This document shows positions 42,860-56,735 of a DNA stretch of 64,000 bases, piece after piece (within the stretch, counting starts at the first letter, position 1; each line of letters opens with the position of its first letter). Under the pieces are notes generated by a model, which searched no databases, had not been told where the DNA came from, and was given only the letters and a program-made list of their open reading frames with translations. Source of the stretch: Octopus vulgaris (taxonomy: Eukaryota). The position numbers and the translations under genes were made by a program. The stretch is from NCBI GenBank assembly GCA_951406725.2, contig OX597815.1, forward strand, positions 57,598,001 through 57,662,000. The letters are read 5' to 3'.

Positions 42860-43935
42860 AAGGTGATGAGCTGGCAGAATCATTACTGTGCTGGACAAAA
42901 TGTTTAGCAGTATTTCATCCATCTTTATATTCTGAGTTCAAATACTGCCAAGGTCAACTTTGCTTTTATTCTTTCAGAGTCGATGAAATAAGTACCATTT
43001 GAGCTCTGAGATCATTGTAATCAACTAGTCCCCTCCCTTAAAATTTCAGGCCTTGTGCCTATACTAGAAAAGATTATATATTTCTTTGCATTTACATTTG
43101 TTGTTTTGTTTATTTTGGATTTTTTTTCCTTCAAAATACCTTTCATATTACTCTGTAAAGTGATTGACATTAGGAAGATATCCATGCGTAGAAACCATGC
43201 CAAATCAGATTGGTGTCTGGTGCAGCTTCCCAGCTTGCTAGCTCTGATCAAACTGTCCAACCCATGTCAGCATGGAAATGGATGTTAAATGATGATGGTG
43301 ATGAGCTGGCAGAATTGTTAGCATGCCAGAGAAAATGCTTAGCAGTATTTCATCTGTCTTTATGTTCTGAATTCAAATTCTGCCAAAGTATACTTTGCCT
43401 TTTGGGGTTGATAAAATAAGTGCTAGTTGAATGCTGGGGTTCAATGTATTCAACTACCCCGCCCTCATGAAATTACTGGTCTTGTGCCAAAATCTGAAAC
43501 CATTATTGTTGTTGTTGTTAAGGTAACAAGCTAGTGTAATTGTTATCATGCTGGACAAAATGCTTAATGGCATTTCTTCTGGCTTTACATTCTGTGTCCA
43601 AATTCTGCTCAGGGTAGCTTTGATTTCTTTCTTTTAGAGCAGATGAAATACATGTACCAGTTGAGCACTGGAGTCAATATAATCAACTAGTCCCCTCCTG
43701 CAAAATTTCAGGCCTTGTGCCTATAGTAGAAAGGATTATTATTTTTATTATTGTTTTAAGAGGTGGGATTGGCAGAATTGTTGAAGTGCCATGCAGTATT
43801 TGTTCTGGCTCTTTCTAGGTCAACTTCTTCCTTCCGTCCCTCTGTGGTTGATAAAATAAGATACTAGTTATGTACTGGAGTCAATGTATCAACTGTACCC
43901 CTGCCCCACTTCATAACTGCTTGTCTTGTAGAAAC
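42860..43935 (+). mobile_element. Cluster of four head-to-tail copies of a third SINE family (Meta-domain-like core), interrupted by an RTE 3' end (~43150-43300)
   Basis: Units start gagctggcagaat at ~42868 and ~43303, with variants at ~43528 and ~43767; each has ...gtcgatgaaataagtacc-like sequence. A further copy lies on - at ~63090-63215. Confidence 0.7.
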
Positions 43936-44680
43936 CGTTATTACTGTTTGACAAAAGTCAAACATTTCAATATTTTATGTAAACAGTGAAAGATAGAGTG
44001 TAGCTAGGGCAAAGGACAGGCCCCCTTAATGGAATTGATATGATTGAGGCCTCAGTTTGAACTTCTGTTAGAAGAATGTTTTCAAGAACATTGTGAAATA
44101 ATATTTGGGAAAGAAGGATCGGGAACAGTGGTTAGTATAGGACCCAAAGTGGGGGAATGGGTGAACTGCAGAACGGCAGGAATACAATGAACAGAGTTAG
44201 AGTACCTGAGGCTGTTGTGGTAGTGAAGACTGTGGGTGTTGGTGAGAGAGAGAGGGGTAGTTTTAGAGGGAAAGTGTTGGGGATATAGTTTTGTTTATTG
44301 ATTTGTTGCTTCCTTTTTTTTTTTCCACCTTATGTACATGGATTTTGTTTAACTTTACTTTTTGATTGTCTTTACCAAAAGTTTGTTGTGAAACCTAATA
44401 CCATTCCATTGCAGTCATTATTTTTAACCTCTAGGACTTTTAATTTAGACAACCTGCATACTATCAACCTACTTGGCTGCTTACCTATCTTGCATGGTTG
44501 GATTTGTTTTGTCTCAATTTTCTCTTTCTTATTCTTTTTTCACCTCTCTGATGGATTCATCCACCTGTGTGTGTGTGTGTGTGTAGTATGTACATATGTA
44601 TAAAAAGAACATGGACAGTGTAATTAGTATTAATAATTTATATGATATGATATGTTTCATATTTATATGATATGATATGT

Positions 44681-44838
44681 TTCATGAGACTGGCAGACAT
44701 CAATTACTTGAGCATAAAACTCAATTACAGGAACAAATGCCACCAGTCCCTTTAATCATTTGTTACTCAGGGTCCAGCAGTATTTTTTCATGTAACTGAG
44801 TTTTATACTCAAGCAACTGATGTCTGCCAAATCATGAA
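44681..44838. mobile_element. MITE-like imperfect inverted repeat (~55-bp arms)
   Basis: ttcatga..tggcagacatcaattacttgagcataaaactcaattaca versus tgtaactgagttttatactcaagcaactgatgtctgcca..tcatgaa. Confidence 0.6.
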
Positions 44839-45187
44839 GCACATGTATATTATACACAGCATCCCATCTAGGTGGGGAACCTATACGCCAAAGAAACTAG
44901 GAAACCGGCCCTATGAACCAGGCGTGGCTCGAGAAGGAACAAAAAAAACAAAACAAATATATATATATATATATCCTTCTTTTAGTCTGTCTCTCCAGTT
45001 GCTTATCTCACTGGCTATGTTTTCTGTGTTCCTTTTTCTATATATGGTGCAGACTCTGCATTCTGTCCTTTCTGGAGTTATGAAGATTTTCTGACCAAGT
45101 CAGAAATAATGGGAATTAAGTGTGGAACCAATCTACCATGTTCATGCCCTTTGGTATTTTGTTTTGGCACTTCTTGGATCATCTTTT

Positions 45188-45588
<401 letters not shown>

Positions 45589-47861
45589 ATATATATATAT
45601 ATATATATCCTTCTTTTAGTCTGTCTCTCCAGTTGCTTATCTCACTCATTTTTATCCTCTCTCTCTTTCTCTCTGTCTAGTCACCCTAACTCTATATCTC
45701 TTACTCTATCTTTCTACCTAGTTATTACTCTTCCTTTCTACTTAGCAATCTGTCAGTCTGTCTGTTATTTTCTTTCTGTTTGACTACCTGGTTCCTCCAC
45801 CACAGAGACCTTTTTCTCTGTCATTTCTGACTCCATACACCCCTAAGTAGATGGTATTATCTTTCACTTCCAGCACTAGTGCCATCTAATCACAGCCAAC
45901 ATATATCTCCTCAGATGTACCCCACTTCCAAGAACAAAGATTTTGATTGCATTCTGCTATGAGTATTGACAACTTAGTTTTAATAGCCTCAAAAACAAGC
46001 CATCTCTATTCATACTAAAGAAAGGTACCTACGACACTGCTCCTACTTTCTTATTCATATGTACACACCACTTAACAAACATGACAAACACACAACTGAA
46101 ACCTTCATAGGCCCCTTTTGTCCACAATCCTTAACAACATTACACAGCACCTTTACATCACTAACAATAAAAAGGATACCAAATTTAGAAAATACTTCAG
46201 TGATAACCTCTTGCTGACTTTAAATATTATCTATCTTTTCGTGATCCATCCTAAGATATTGTTTACATTTTGAAGGTGCAACAACTTCTACATAAACATC
46301 TGAGATTGCTTCCTTCAAAAAATGTCATTCAATTTATTATGAAACTTTCATTCACCAACACATTACATCATACTGTCTCACAGTTGTGATATGTCCTCTC
46401 TGGGTATCATTTACTCTTATTATAATAGGCCCTACTCTTCTTAAATAGAAAACTGTGCTACCTATTTTCTTTACTGAAACTCATTTCACAAATCCTGTTC
46501 TTCACATTTTTTTCAACTCTTCTTCCTCTAGATTACAACCTAACAGAACTTCTTCTCAGTCCATATTTTCCATCAGTAAAGCCTTGCTGACCTATACAAC
46601 CAAATATTTTAGTATGAAAGAGGACTAAAATCAGAGCAGAAAGCATAAATGAGAATCTAAATCCGAAACTACAATATTGTTAGGGGCATTGATTACTGAA
46701 TATCAGCTTGAGCTGGTCACAAATGTATTGTTTATTGGGAATTCAATGTTAATTTGCATATAAGACAAACTTGAAGTGTACTGAGAAAGTTGTTACTCAT
46801 TACCGGTGTTAGATGACTTCTACTGGTATGAATGACATATTTATGACAAGAGAATAAGTAAGAGCAGATCAGAAGTATTGAGACCACATATAAAGAAGTT
46901 GGACCTCATAGCAACAATGTTTTATGATACACCCCTCTCATGCCAACATAGGAAAATGGATGTTAAAATAGAATCTACTCTACTATGACATTTGAAAACT
47001 AGAATCTTCAACTCAAAAAACTAGCTCTATCATGGGTTAATAAGTAAATCCTACATATATAATCCCGGTTAATATAGATTGGTTTGGTTCATCCTTCTTA
47101 AAAACAGCTCTCCATGCTCACCAAATATACTGAATAAACAGCCCTGTATCAACTACATATCAACAGCCTTCATCCCTCCATAGAAATCCCTACCTAATTT
47201 TCTGTGTGTGTGTGTGTGTGTTGGGGAAATGGATATTGTCCAGTGATGATATAGCTAGATGTTATTGCTGGCTTCACAACTCAACTCATTTATCTATAAC
47301 ACTGAACTAATTGGACAAAGTATGCGTGCATGATTATCCCAGCTTTAACTATTGCTGTTAGGTAAACATTGATCAGCTCTACACAAGTAGATCTTTGAAA
47401 TGGATGTAACTTACAAGATAAAACCTTCATTTGGTTGGTATTTTCAGTGATGGTCATCTTCTGGACATACTACGTGTCCTCAAATTTTTTAATTAATATA
47501 TAAAGGGAAACTCCATTGTTATAGGCAACAGTTTTACTAGCTTACAAATTAGGCTCTCTACCTCACATATATGTCGCATCTCTTTTTCATGCAGGCATGA
47601 ATTAGTGGATGCAATTAATATATGGTGAACCATTATAATATTATTTTAAATGGCCTTTCCTTCCATGCACATAGATACACTAGTATTTCTTCTGTCAAGG
47701 AAGTATTGTGGTCCTACAAACTTGGCCACAAGGAAAACAAAACCTAGTTTCCTATTTCCCTTCCCAGGAACATGGAAGTTAACGGAATCACAAATCTTCT
47801 GGAATTGCAATGTTGTGGCAAGATTTTAGGAGTGCAATGCTTCCTTAATAGAAGAGCTTTC

Positions 47862-48021
<160 letters not shown>

Positions 48022-48281
48022 AGTCAATTTGAGGATGTCAGGTCCTCATTAGGGATTAAATAATCCAAACATTTCACTGGTTAATCATTATTATATAAGG
48101 AGAAAGTCTTGACAATATATTAGGTAGTATTATAGTAATACATATTGTTAATAATGAAAGAAAGAAAATGGAAAATTATGGATGTATAAATAATTTATTT
48201 GTATGATATTATGAGTTTGAAAGTTTTTTATAAAAACAATACAAATAAATTATAAAGCTCTGAAAGAAATGGCAGCTGCCA

Positions 48282-48404
48282 AAAGCCTACATATTTGTTT
48301 CAGTTCATGCCCTATGTGAATAGTAATTCTAAGCATTTGGGTAGGGTTATATGCTAAGAATTGGTCACCATTTTCAGAATGGGGCAGAATCTCATCAGGG
48401 CTTT
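48282..48404 (-). ncRNA. Hammerhead motif with a large branched helix-II domain
   Basis: Minus strand AAAGCC-CUGAUGA-[~90 nt with UGCCC/GGGCA, CCAUU/AAUGG and AAUUCU.AGCAU/AUGCU.AGAAUU stems]-GAAA-CAAAUAUG-UA^GGCUUU. Confidence 0.65.
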
Positions 48405-48422
48405 ATGAGCTTATACAACAAT

Positions 48423-48488
48423 GGTTAACATATTTCTTAAAAGGATGCAGACAAATTCATCTGCATCCTTTCAAGAAATATGTTAACC
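48423..48488. repeat. Hairpin (~29-bp arms) nested in an outer inverted repeat (~48150-48190 / 48495-48532)
   Basis: GGTTAACATATTTCTTAAAAGGATGCAGA / TCTGCATCCTTTCAAGAAATATGTTAACC. Confidence 0.8.
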
Positions 48489-48674
48489 TTTAATCTACAT
48501 CCATAATTCTCCATTTTCTGTTTTTCATTATATACACACACACACGCATTAAACACATGTTCCATCAAGCTTTTTAGGAGTACTATGCTTCCTTAATGGG
48601 AGGGGTGTCTATTTATGGTATCTATCTATCTGTATGTATATATAGTATGTGTGTGTGTGTGTGTGTGTTTATTT

Positions 48675-48767
<93 letters not shown>

Positions 48768-49147
48768 TGACTGTCTACTCTGCATTTTACATCTGTCAAG
48801 AGTGTTTTTCACTGAACGCCTAGCAAAGGTGAGAGCTCAGAGTAGACTGTCAACTTTTGATATAATAAGCATCTATCCATCTATTCAGCATACTGACTTT
48901 AATATCAGATAATGTTTTTACTACACAAAATATCATTTTAATATATTTTACAACTCTTACATTATGATATATGGATGTGTGTATGGTGTTTGACTGTGGT
49001 ATTTACCCAAACTTATGAAAATGTATGCTATGTATGCATATATATATATACACATCTGTGTGTAGTCACATGCATATGTATGTACATGCATGTATATGTA
49101 TATATATATATATAGTATGTGTGTGTGTATACACACATATGCATATA

Positions 49148-49777
49148 CAGGGTATCTCAAATGTCACTGATGGGTTTCAATTTTTAATAAGTTCTTTAAC
49201 TTTACAAATAAATGCATGAAATTTTTATACAATATGACGGACATAATGTAAATTATGTCAAATTTTGTAACGCCACTACATCACATATGAAAAAGAACAT
49301 TGCTTAAATCGCAGCCATTTTCAGCTTCATACACCCATGCTCTTTCCAAAACTTGCACCATAACACCCTCAAAAGTTTCAGACCCCACTTCTCTGATTTC
49401 TCTATTGATGTTCTTCATTTGCACTAGGGTCTCAGGTTTGTTGATGTAAACCTTCTCTTTCAGGTATCCCCATAAGAAAAAATCCAGGGACCCTGATGCA
49501 ACTGAAGGAGAACATCAGTAGAGAAATCAGAGAAGTGGGGTCTGAAACTCTTGAGGGTGTTATGGTGCAAGTTTTGGAAAGAGCATGGGTGAGCAAAGCC
49601 GAAAATGCCATTTAAGCAATGTCGTTTTTCATATGTGGTGTTGTGGTGTTGCAAAATTTGACTTGTGCATATTAATGTCCATTATGTCCTTTATATTGTA
49701 TCAAATTTTGATGCTTTTATTTGTAAAGCTAAGGAAGTTATTAATAAAAACCCATCAGTGACTTTTGGGACACCCTG
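49148..49777. mobile_element. Tc1/mariner-derived non-autonomous element with long (~270 bp) inverted arms and TA target duplication
   Basis: TA-CAGGGTATCTCAAATGTCACTGATGGG ... CCCATCAGTGACTTTTGGGACACCCTG-TA; the centre encodes LDFFLWGYLKEKVY on the - strand. Confidence 0.8.
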
Positions 49778-49791
49778 TATGTATGTGTGTG

Positions 49792-49867
<76 letters not shown>

Positions 49868-51039
49868 TGCACACACACAGAGGCTGTGGTAAATATCCTC
49901 TTCCACAATCTCAATTTTGAATGTTGCTTGTTTAATCATCCAGTTTCTTTGAGTAACAAAAACAGTTATTTTTTAAGATTAAATATTTTGTATAGTATTT
50001 TTATATCTTCTGTATTTTATATATCTCATTCATCTATAAGCCATGACTACACTGTGAAAGCAAGAGATCTGATTAAAAAAAGTATTCTCATTATTTTATT
50101 ATTGTTGTTGTTGTTTATGGTTGAAAGAAGTTTGAAATATTAGAAAATGCAATCCAGATCATGCATAGCATAAAATTGTTTTATTGTTTAATTAATAATA
50201 AGTTGTCTAAAGTACAAATATGCAAATTAAGCTAATTGCAATTATAGCTTAATTACTCATTGCTAGATATATCAGCTATCTGTTATCAATCAGGTAAGGA
50301 AATTGGTTCACCTCTCTGAAGAGCACTCAACAAACTGTAGAACATTTCATCAGCATACTTTTCCATCAGTATATGTCTCCATTATGTTTCTGCTTGGTCA
50401 CTGCTGTATAAATACTTTCCTCAGTAAAGAAACACTTCATTCAAATGGCTCCAGAAAAGATACAAGATGGTATACTAGCACTCAAATCTAGGTGCATGGT
50501 TCCTTATAACTGAAATTGTTGTAAGGTAATGAAAGTGACTATTTAACTCCTGTTCTTATATGAGTCGTTTACACACACACACACGCAAGTTGCAGGTATA
50601 GCTCTGTGGTTAAGAAGTTTACTTTCTCAATCACATGGCTTCAGATTCAGTCCCATCTTCGACTATAGCCCCAGGCTGACAAAAAGCTTTGTGAATGGAT
50701 TTGATTAATGGAAACTGGAAGAAGCCTGTTCTATGTGTCTGTTTGTCTCTCCATGCATGATTGTTGTAAATGAAAGTCATTGATTTCCAATATTCTTTGA
50801 AAACATGTCATTCTTTGAAAACATGGAAAAATATTATCTTGCTTGGAAACAGGCAAGAGGAAGGGCATTCAGCCAAAGAAAATCTACCTCAATAATCTCC
50901 TTTCAATCCATGCAAACATAGAAAAGTGGGCATAAAACAATGATCATGATATACATATATCCTTTAATTTACTGCTTTTCTTTATACGAAATGAGAAGAT
51001 ACATTGTGGAACTATTATTTTAATGAGCTATATTTATTT

Positions 51040-51145
51040 ATCACCCGAAGAGACACATTTGCATCATCGGATCCTCCTGAACCAGTTGTTAAGTATCCCA
51101 CCCATAAGAGATCGATGCCAGATGTGTCAAAACAATTGTAGTAAT
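51040..51145 (+). ncRNA. Decayed hammerhead with long helix II
   Basis: AUCAC-CCGAAGA-GACACAUU.GCAUC...GAUGC..GAUGUGUC-AAAA-CAAUUG-UA^GUAAU. GAAA is changed to AAAA, so probably inactive. Confidence 0.5.
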
Positions 51146-51206
51146 TAATAAAAATTCTCGTATCTTTGTAAAATCTTTTATTTACCATATATATATGTGT
51201 GTGTAT

Positions 51207-51249
<43 letters not shown>

Positions 51250-51250
<1 letters not shown>

Positions 51251-51552
51251 TTTGTATTTTGTTTGCAAGATTCTTTATGTGAATTAGTGTGTTGAAGCAT
51301 ATTTTGTTGTGTCTAAGGAGAGTCATTCTTTTTTAATACCTTATTAATTAACACACTCACCAGTTCAATTTCCACTCATCTATTATTTTTTTTCCTAAAA
51401 TTTTTGTTGCTTCTTGCAACCCCTTCAGTAGTTAAAGAGGTTGCAAGAAACATCAAAATTTTAGGGAAAAAAATTAAATGAGTGGAAATTGAACTGGCGA
51501 GTGTGTTAATAAGACATTAAAACAAAATGACTTTCCTCAGATGCAACAATAT
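51250..51552. mobile_element. Decayed fold-back palindrome (~51300-51552) with remnants of opposed hammerheads
   Basis: aacacactcaccagttcaatttccactcat / atgagtggaaattgaactggcgagtgtgtt; combined arm consensus CUA-CUGAAGA-GGUUGC...GCAAC-(G)AAA-AUUU-UAG. Confidence 0.6.
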
Positions 51553-51557
51553 ATATA

Positions 51558-51761
51558 TTCTTGTATTCTTTTATTTCAGTCATTTGACTTTAGCCATACT
51601 GGAGCACCACTTTAGTCAAACAAGTCGACCCCAGGACTTATTCTTTGTAAGCCTAGTACTTATTCTATTGGTCCTTTTTTTGCCGAACCGCTAAGTTACG
51701 GGGATGTTAACATGCCAATATTGGTTGTCAAACAATTGGGATGGGGGGAACAGAAACACAA

Positions 51762-51804
<43 letters not shown>

Positions 51805-51965
51805 CAACGGGCTTCTTTCAGTTTCCGTCTACCAAATCCACTCACAAGGCTTTGGTTAGCCTGTGGCTATAGTAGAAGACACCTGTCCAAGGTACCATGC
51901 AGTAGGACTAAACCCAGAACCATGTGGTTGGTAAGCAAGCTACTTACCACAGCCACTCCTGCACC
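51558..51965 (-). mobile_element. 22729-type SINE, inverted copy
   Basis: Reverse complement of the head (ggtgcaggagtggctgtggtaagtagcttgc) and of the CR1-like tail. Confidence 0.8.
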
Positions 51966-52084
51966 TATGTATATATATATAATTTTTAAATAAAAGACCA
52001 CAGGTCTTATAAATACAACTACCAGGGTTTCCTGGTCGAAATAATAATTTATTCTGGTATTTATCAAGCTGAAAATAAGTTTGT

Positions 52085-53080
52085 CAGGGTGTTCCAAAAA
52101 ATGTGAATGAGAAATTCAAAGGTAATCCAGCTCCTGCTAAACATACTGCAGCATGTGTTGGGTAACAGTTTCCAGTGTGGTAGTGTTTGAGTTCCTCTAA
52201 TCTTGTAAGTGGGACATAGACCAGTTTCTTCATATAACCCCACCCCACCCCCAAAAAATATTGCAAGGTGTCAGATCAGGTGAATGTGGGGGGTGGGGCA
52301 AACACAGACACACAAACATATACATATTTCAACAGCACAGATTCTCATTGAGATAATCTTGCACAGTCAACTCCCAGTGAGGTGGAGCCTTCTCTGTTGA
52401 AAAATGAAGTGTTCATGTTCATTTGCAATGAGCTTATCAATTAACCAATTCTGAAGTATTTGCAGATAAACATCACTGGTCACATTTCCCTCAAATTAAA
52501 ACATGCCATGAAGATGATTTTTGGAGATGGCACAGAACACATTCACTTTTGGTGAGTTCCTCATGCCCAAAATGAGGACTTCTTTGACCCATATGTAAAC
52601 ATCATGCTTGTTGACTTTTCCATTTGAATGAAATGTGGCCTCATCACTGTAAACAAGGTTTTCAAGTTCCTCTTGCATACTGACTCAAAATTGCTTGCGC
52701 TTTTACTTGTCATCTGTCTTTAAGACCTAAATGAGCTGCAGCTTATAAGGTGTCAGTTGCAAGCATTTCTATGAGACATGCCAAACTGTTGTTGGAGGAA
52801 TCTGGGTTTCCAGACATGGACTTCCTAGGGCTTTGCAAAATTATTTCCCAAACCCTCTCGACTATCTCTTCTAATACTGGTAGCTATCGAGATCCTTTCA
52901 CCCTGCAGACAGCCTTCCTCTCTGAACTTTTTGCATCACGTCGAAATCTTCCTTGAAGTCCATGCACTTTAGCAAACTCTTTCACCAATGCATGCTGCAG
53001 AGTATGACATTTCTAGACCTGAAACGAAAAGAAGCATTGAACATAGAATTTTGAGTTGTTTCTACACATTCTGTTAGAAT
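52085..53080 (-). mobile_element. Decayed mariner-like transposase
   Basis: LVYSDEATFHSNGKVNKHDVYIW...SPKVNVFCAIS and WGYMKKLVYVP; CAGGGTGTTCC terminus at 52085. Confidence 0.75.
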
Positions 53081-53096
53081 TTGAGATCATTTGAAT

Positions 53097-53157
<61 letters not shown>

Positions 53158-53169
53158 ATATATATTATT

Positions 53170-53570
53170 TATTATTATGGCTGGGCTGCAGCAACAAAGT
53201 TCACGTACCACAATTCTCAGTCCAACATCACTGCCTCAAGGTCCTGGACAATCAAGCTCTCAATGTAAGTGTGACAACATTTTCCTCTTCTTACATTACC
53301 ATTAAGTGGGTTCCACAAGACTGATTTGGATGTTTCCAGTTCAGAGTGGCACATACAGTGACCAGATAGTCGCAGCCGTCTTTGACTGATCTTCTCTATA
53401 ACTTTCAGTAGGTCTCCATAATGACATTCGTTTGTCATGTGTTGCTGCTATTTTACATTTAGGGCCATTCGTAGCATCCATCTAACTCATTTGATAACTT
53501 CTTTGTCAGTGTCCATGTTTCACTGCCATATAATAGCACTCATTCAGCAGTTGCAATGAACAACTTGATT
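53170..53570 (-). mobile_element. RTE-type LINE 3' fragment
   Basis: SQRRLRLSGHCM.H.E...SKSVLWNP...RRG....TYIE. Confidence 0.6.
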
Positions 53571-54194
53571 ATATATATGAACTGTTGAATATATATGTAT
53601 TATTGAAGCTGAAAAGACTTCACAAACTGTTACTCAAAGTTCCACGTAACCAATCATCAGACTGTCATGAATATTTAGAGCAATGCAATAGTTTATAAGT
53701 ATTTATAATTGTTCATGATTACAAGCTGATTAGGCAATTAATTTTCAAAATAACAGGAATTTATTGGATGTAAGCAATTGAATATAATGCAAAAATATAT
53801 ACACTTTGAGTTGAATTGTCATCATTTAACACATGTTTTCCATGTTGGTATGGATTGGACAATGGGCACTAAGTTCTGTTGTCAGCTTTGGTATGGTTTC
53901 TAAGGCTGGATGTTTTTCCTAACACCAACCATCTCCCAGAATATATTGAGTGCTTTTTTATGTGGTGCTAACACCAAGTAACTTACAAGACAAAGATCCC
54001 TCTGCTGAGAAGTGTATTGGTATTGAGGAAGGTGGCTTTTTGTCGGGTGATGAAAGATTAGAGAAATAAGTGTCTTCCTGAAAAGAAGATAACCCAGTTA
54101 AGCAGGAGAGAGAAAATGGTGGTGATGTGCCAGAGATGCACCTCAGGCAATGGGGAGGTGAATATAAGTGGAGTGGTATAGAGGACTGAGTAAA

Positions 54195-54520
54195 GGTGCA
54201 AGACTCAGTGGTTAGAGTATCAGACATACAATTGTGAGTTTGTGAATTCGATTCCTGGCCCAGGTTGTTGCACTGTGTTCTTGAGCAAGACACTTTATTT
54301 CACCTTGCTCCAGTTCATTCAGCTATAGAAATATAAGTTTCAATGTCACTGTTGCCAAGCTGTATCAGCCTTTGCCTTAAATAACATCGGTGATGTGGAG
54401 AGAAGATGCTGGTAAGTATGGACGACTTCTAGTCTTCCACAAACAACCTTGCCTGAACTTTTGCCTTGAAGGGGTACTTTCTAGGTGCAATCTCATGGTC
54501 ATTCATGACTGAAGGGGTTT
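54195..54520 (+). mobile_element. Decayed tRNA-derived SINE
   Basis: gactcagtggttagagt...gaattcgattcctggcc...tgtgttcttgagcaagacacttt. Confidence 0.55.
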
Positions 54521-55069
54521 TTACAGGGGATTGGACTGGGTGAGTGAGCAGAGAGTTCCTAAGATAACATAAGGAGAGAGGGAAAGAGAAGGGGAATGCA
54601 GTGAGTGGGGAACACAGATATATTGGGGAGTGGGAGGATATCAATGATACAGTCAGCAGAGGAAAGACAGGAGAGGTAACAAAGCAATGTTGAAAATTAG
54701 AATTGGATTGTGTAAATTTGTAGGAACTGGTATTAAAATACATAGAGTGAGAAAGACCTCATCGGTAATAAGATGTTGCAAGTGATTAAAACTGGATTTA
54801 AATGGAAATAAGTATTAAAAATTAAAACTAAAATAAGAGCAAATGAGTATCACAGATCAAATAAATTAAAAATAGACTTGTGGCTATGGGAGAAAATAGG
54901 AGAGGATAAGATGAGAAAAGAAGGAAGAACATAAGGAATACATATCTGTGTATATGTACTATAGCTTTATTTAATGTTCTACAACAAAATTAAGGGAATA
55001 CACATATATACAATATGTACATGTAGATAAATATAAATTGGCGGTGTGTATGTATATGTATATATATAT

Positions 55070-55730
55070 ATTAGGTCTGGTGAGATTGTTGAGATGCTTG
55101 AACAGAGGCATTCAAGAGGTGACGTGGAGAGGAGCTTCAGTCAGCTTCCTCACACGCAAGAGGAAAAATCTGGGAAAGTAACAGCGACAGGTTAGGTGGT
55201 GTGGGCATACTTCTTGCAGAGAAATGGGTGGATAAGATCATAGAGGTAGTCAGATAGAGTACTTAAGTTCAGTCTAGTTTTGCAGAATAGTACAGCGACA
55301 ATTATCTCTGCCTATGCCTCACCTCCCCAAGCGAATCTATCAAATGAACAAAAGGACCACTTTTATGATATTCTTCAGCAGATGAACGATTATAATTACA
55401 TCTTTGTGGCTGGGGATTTCAATGGGCATGTGGGACAGCAACCCAGTATCTTCCATGAGGGCCATGGAATTGGTTCCTGAAACATAGAGGACAAGGCTAC
55501 TGAGTTTTGTGATGAAAATAACCTATTGATCTGCAACACCAACTTTCAGAAGTTCCTCTTCCACTTCTAACTTGGTTGCCTAAGTAACAGAAGCTATCTA
55601 CTACTTCTAACGATTCCCCTAAACATTTGAGGGAGTTGATAGAAATTCCATACATTGTACCTCGTGCAAGTAGTATCTTGGGAAGATTAACAGAGAAAAT
55701 AGTCTTTGTGTGCGGCTAATGTAGAGGTGC
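55070..55730 (+). mobile_element. RTE family A fragments (APE domain)
   Basis: TIISAYA, IFVAGDFNGHVG; similar to 19300-19830. Confidence 0.75.
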
Positions 55731-56735
55731 AGAAAGCTCTAAAATGCAACATTTAATTACTAAACAGTAATACATCTAGAAACAAACAACACACAACCGA
55801 ACAAAGATACAACAGCACAAGAAGTAGCCCATTACATGGAAATTGCTTACCAACTAGCATAGGCTATAAACAAAAGTTTCATAGGAATACTAACAGAAAA
55901 GAACTACATCAGCACTACTAATGGAACCTTTCAAAAAAGATACACAACATACATTTTCTAGACCATATAAAAAGGGAATACAACATCCTTGTCCAAATAC
56001 CTACAGGACTAAAAAGAAAACAGCAGTGTAAACATATAAAAAGGGAAGTTATAGACTGCGAACCGTCATATAAACTGCTCTGATATCTGCTCAACAGAAA
56101 ATACCACAAAACACATTGTCATCATCATTGGTGGCAACAGCAGTGGGAATACTAACATTTTCCCTGCTGAAATAGATTGGACATTTTGACAAGAGCTAGC
56201 CAGATAGATGGCTGTATGAAGCTCTATTGTCACTTCTGCATGGTTTTATGGTTAGCTGCTATTCTTAATACCAACCACTCTATAGAGTATACTGGATGCT
56301 TTTTTTGTAGCAGCAGTACCAGGTGGGGTCACCTCGACAGGGCAGGGAGGTTAGTATTATTGAGTATATGAGATGAACAAAATCATGTCCCTATGCAAAC
56401 TCCAAAACAAATTCATTTTCAAAAAATGGTTTGAACTCCAATTGAGATAAAGCAAACAACAAAACCTACACCTAGACATAAACTTAATACATATAAGCAT
56501 AGATACACAGACACCCATACAACAAAACCAATATACACATGGCATGCAAAAGCATGTGCCCACTGTCAAAACCATTAACTTCAAAAAACTACACACTATA
56601 TGTATATGTGTATATATGCATGTGTGTGCCTGTATGCATATGTATATGTATACATATATTTATGTGTAATATATCTATATGTTTATGTGTGTGGTGTATA
56701 TGCATGTGACGTGTATATATATATATATATATATA

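Noticed and set aside
45800-47760. Possible additional exons or coding remnants
   Set aside because: No recognisable motif or consistent splice-bounded frame found.
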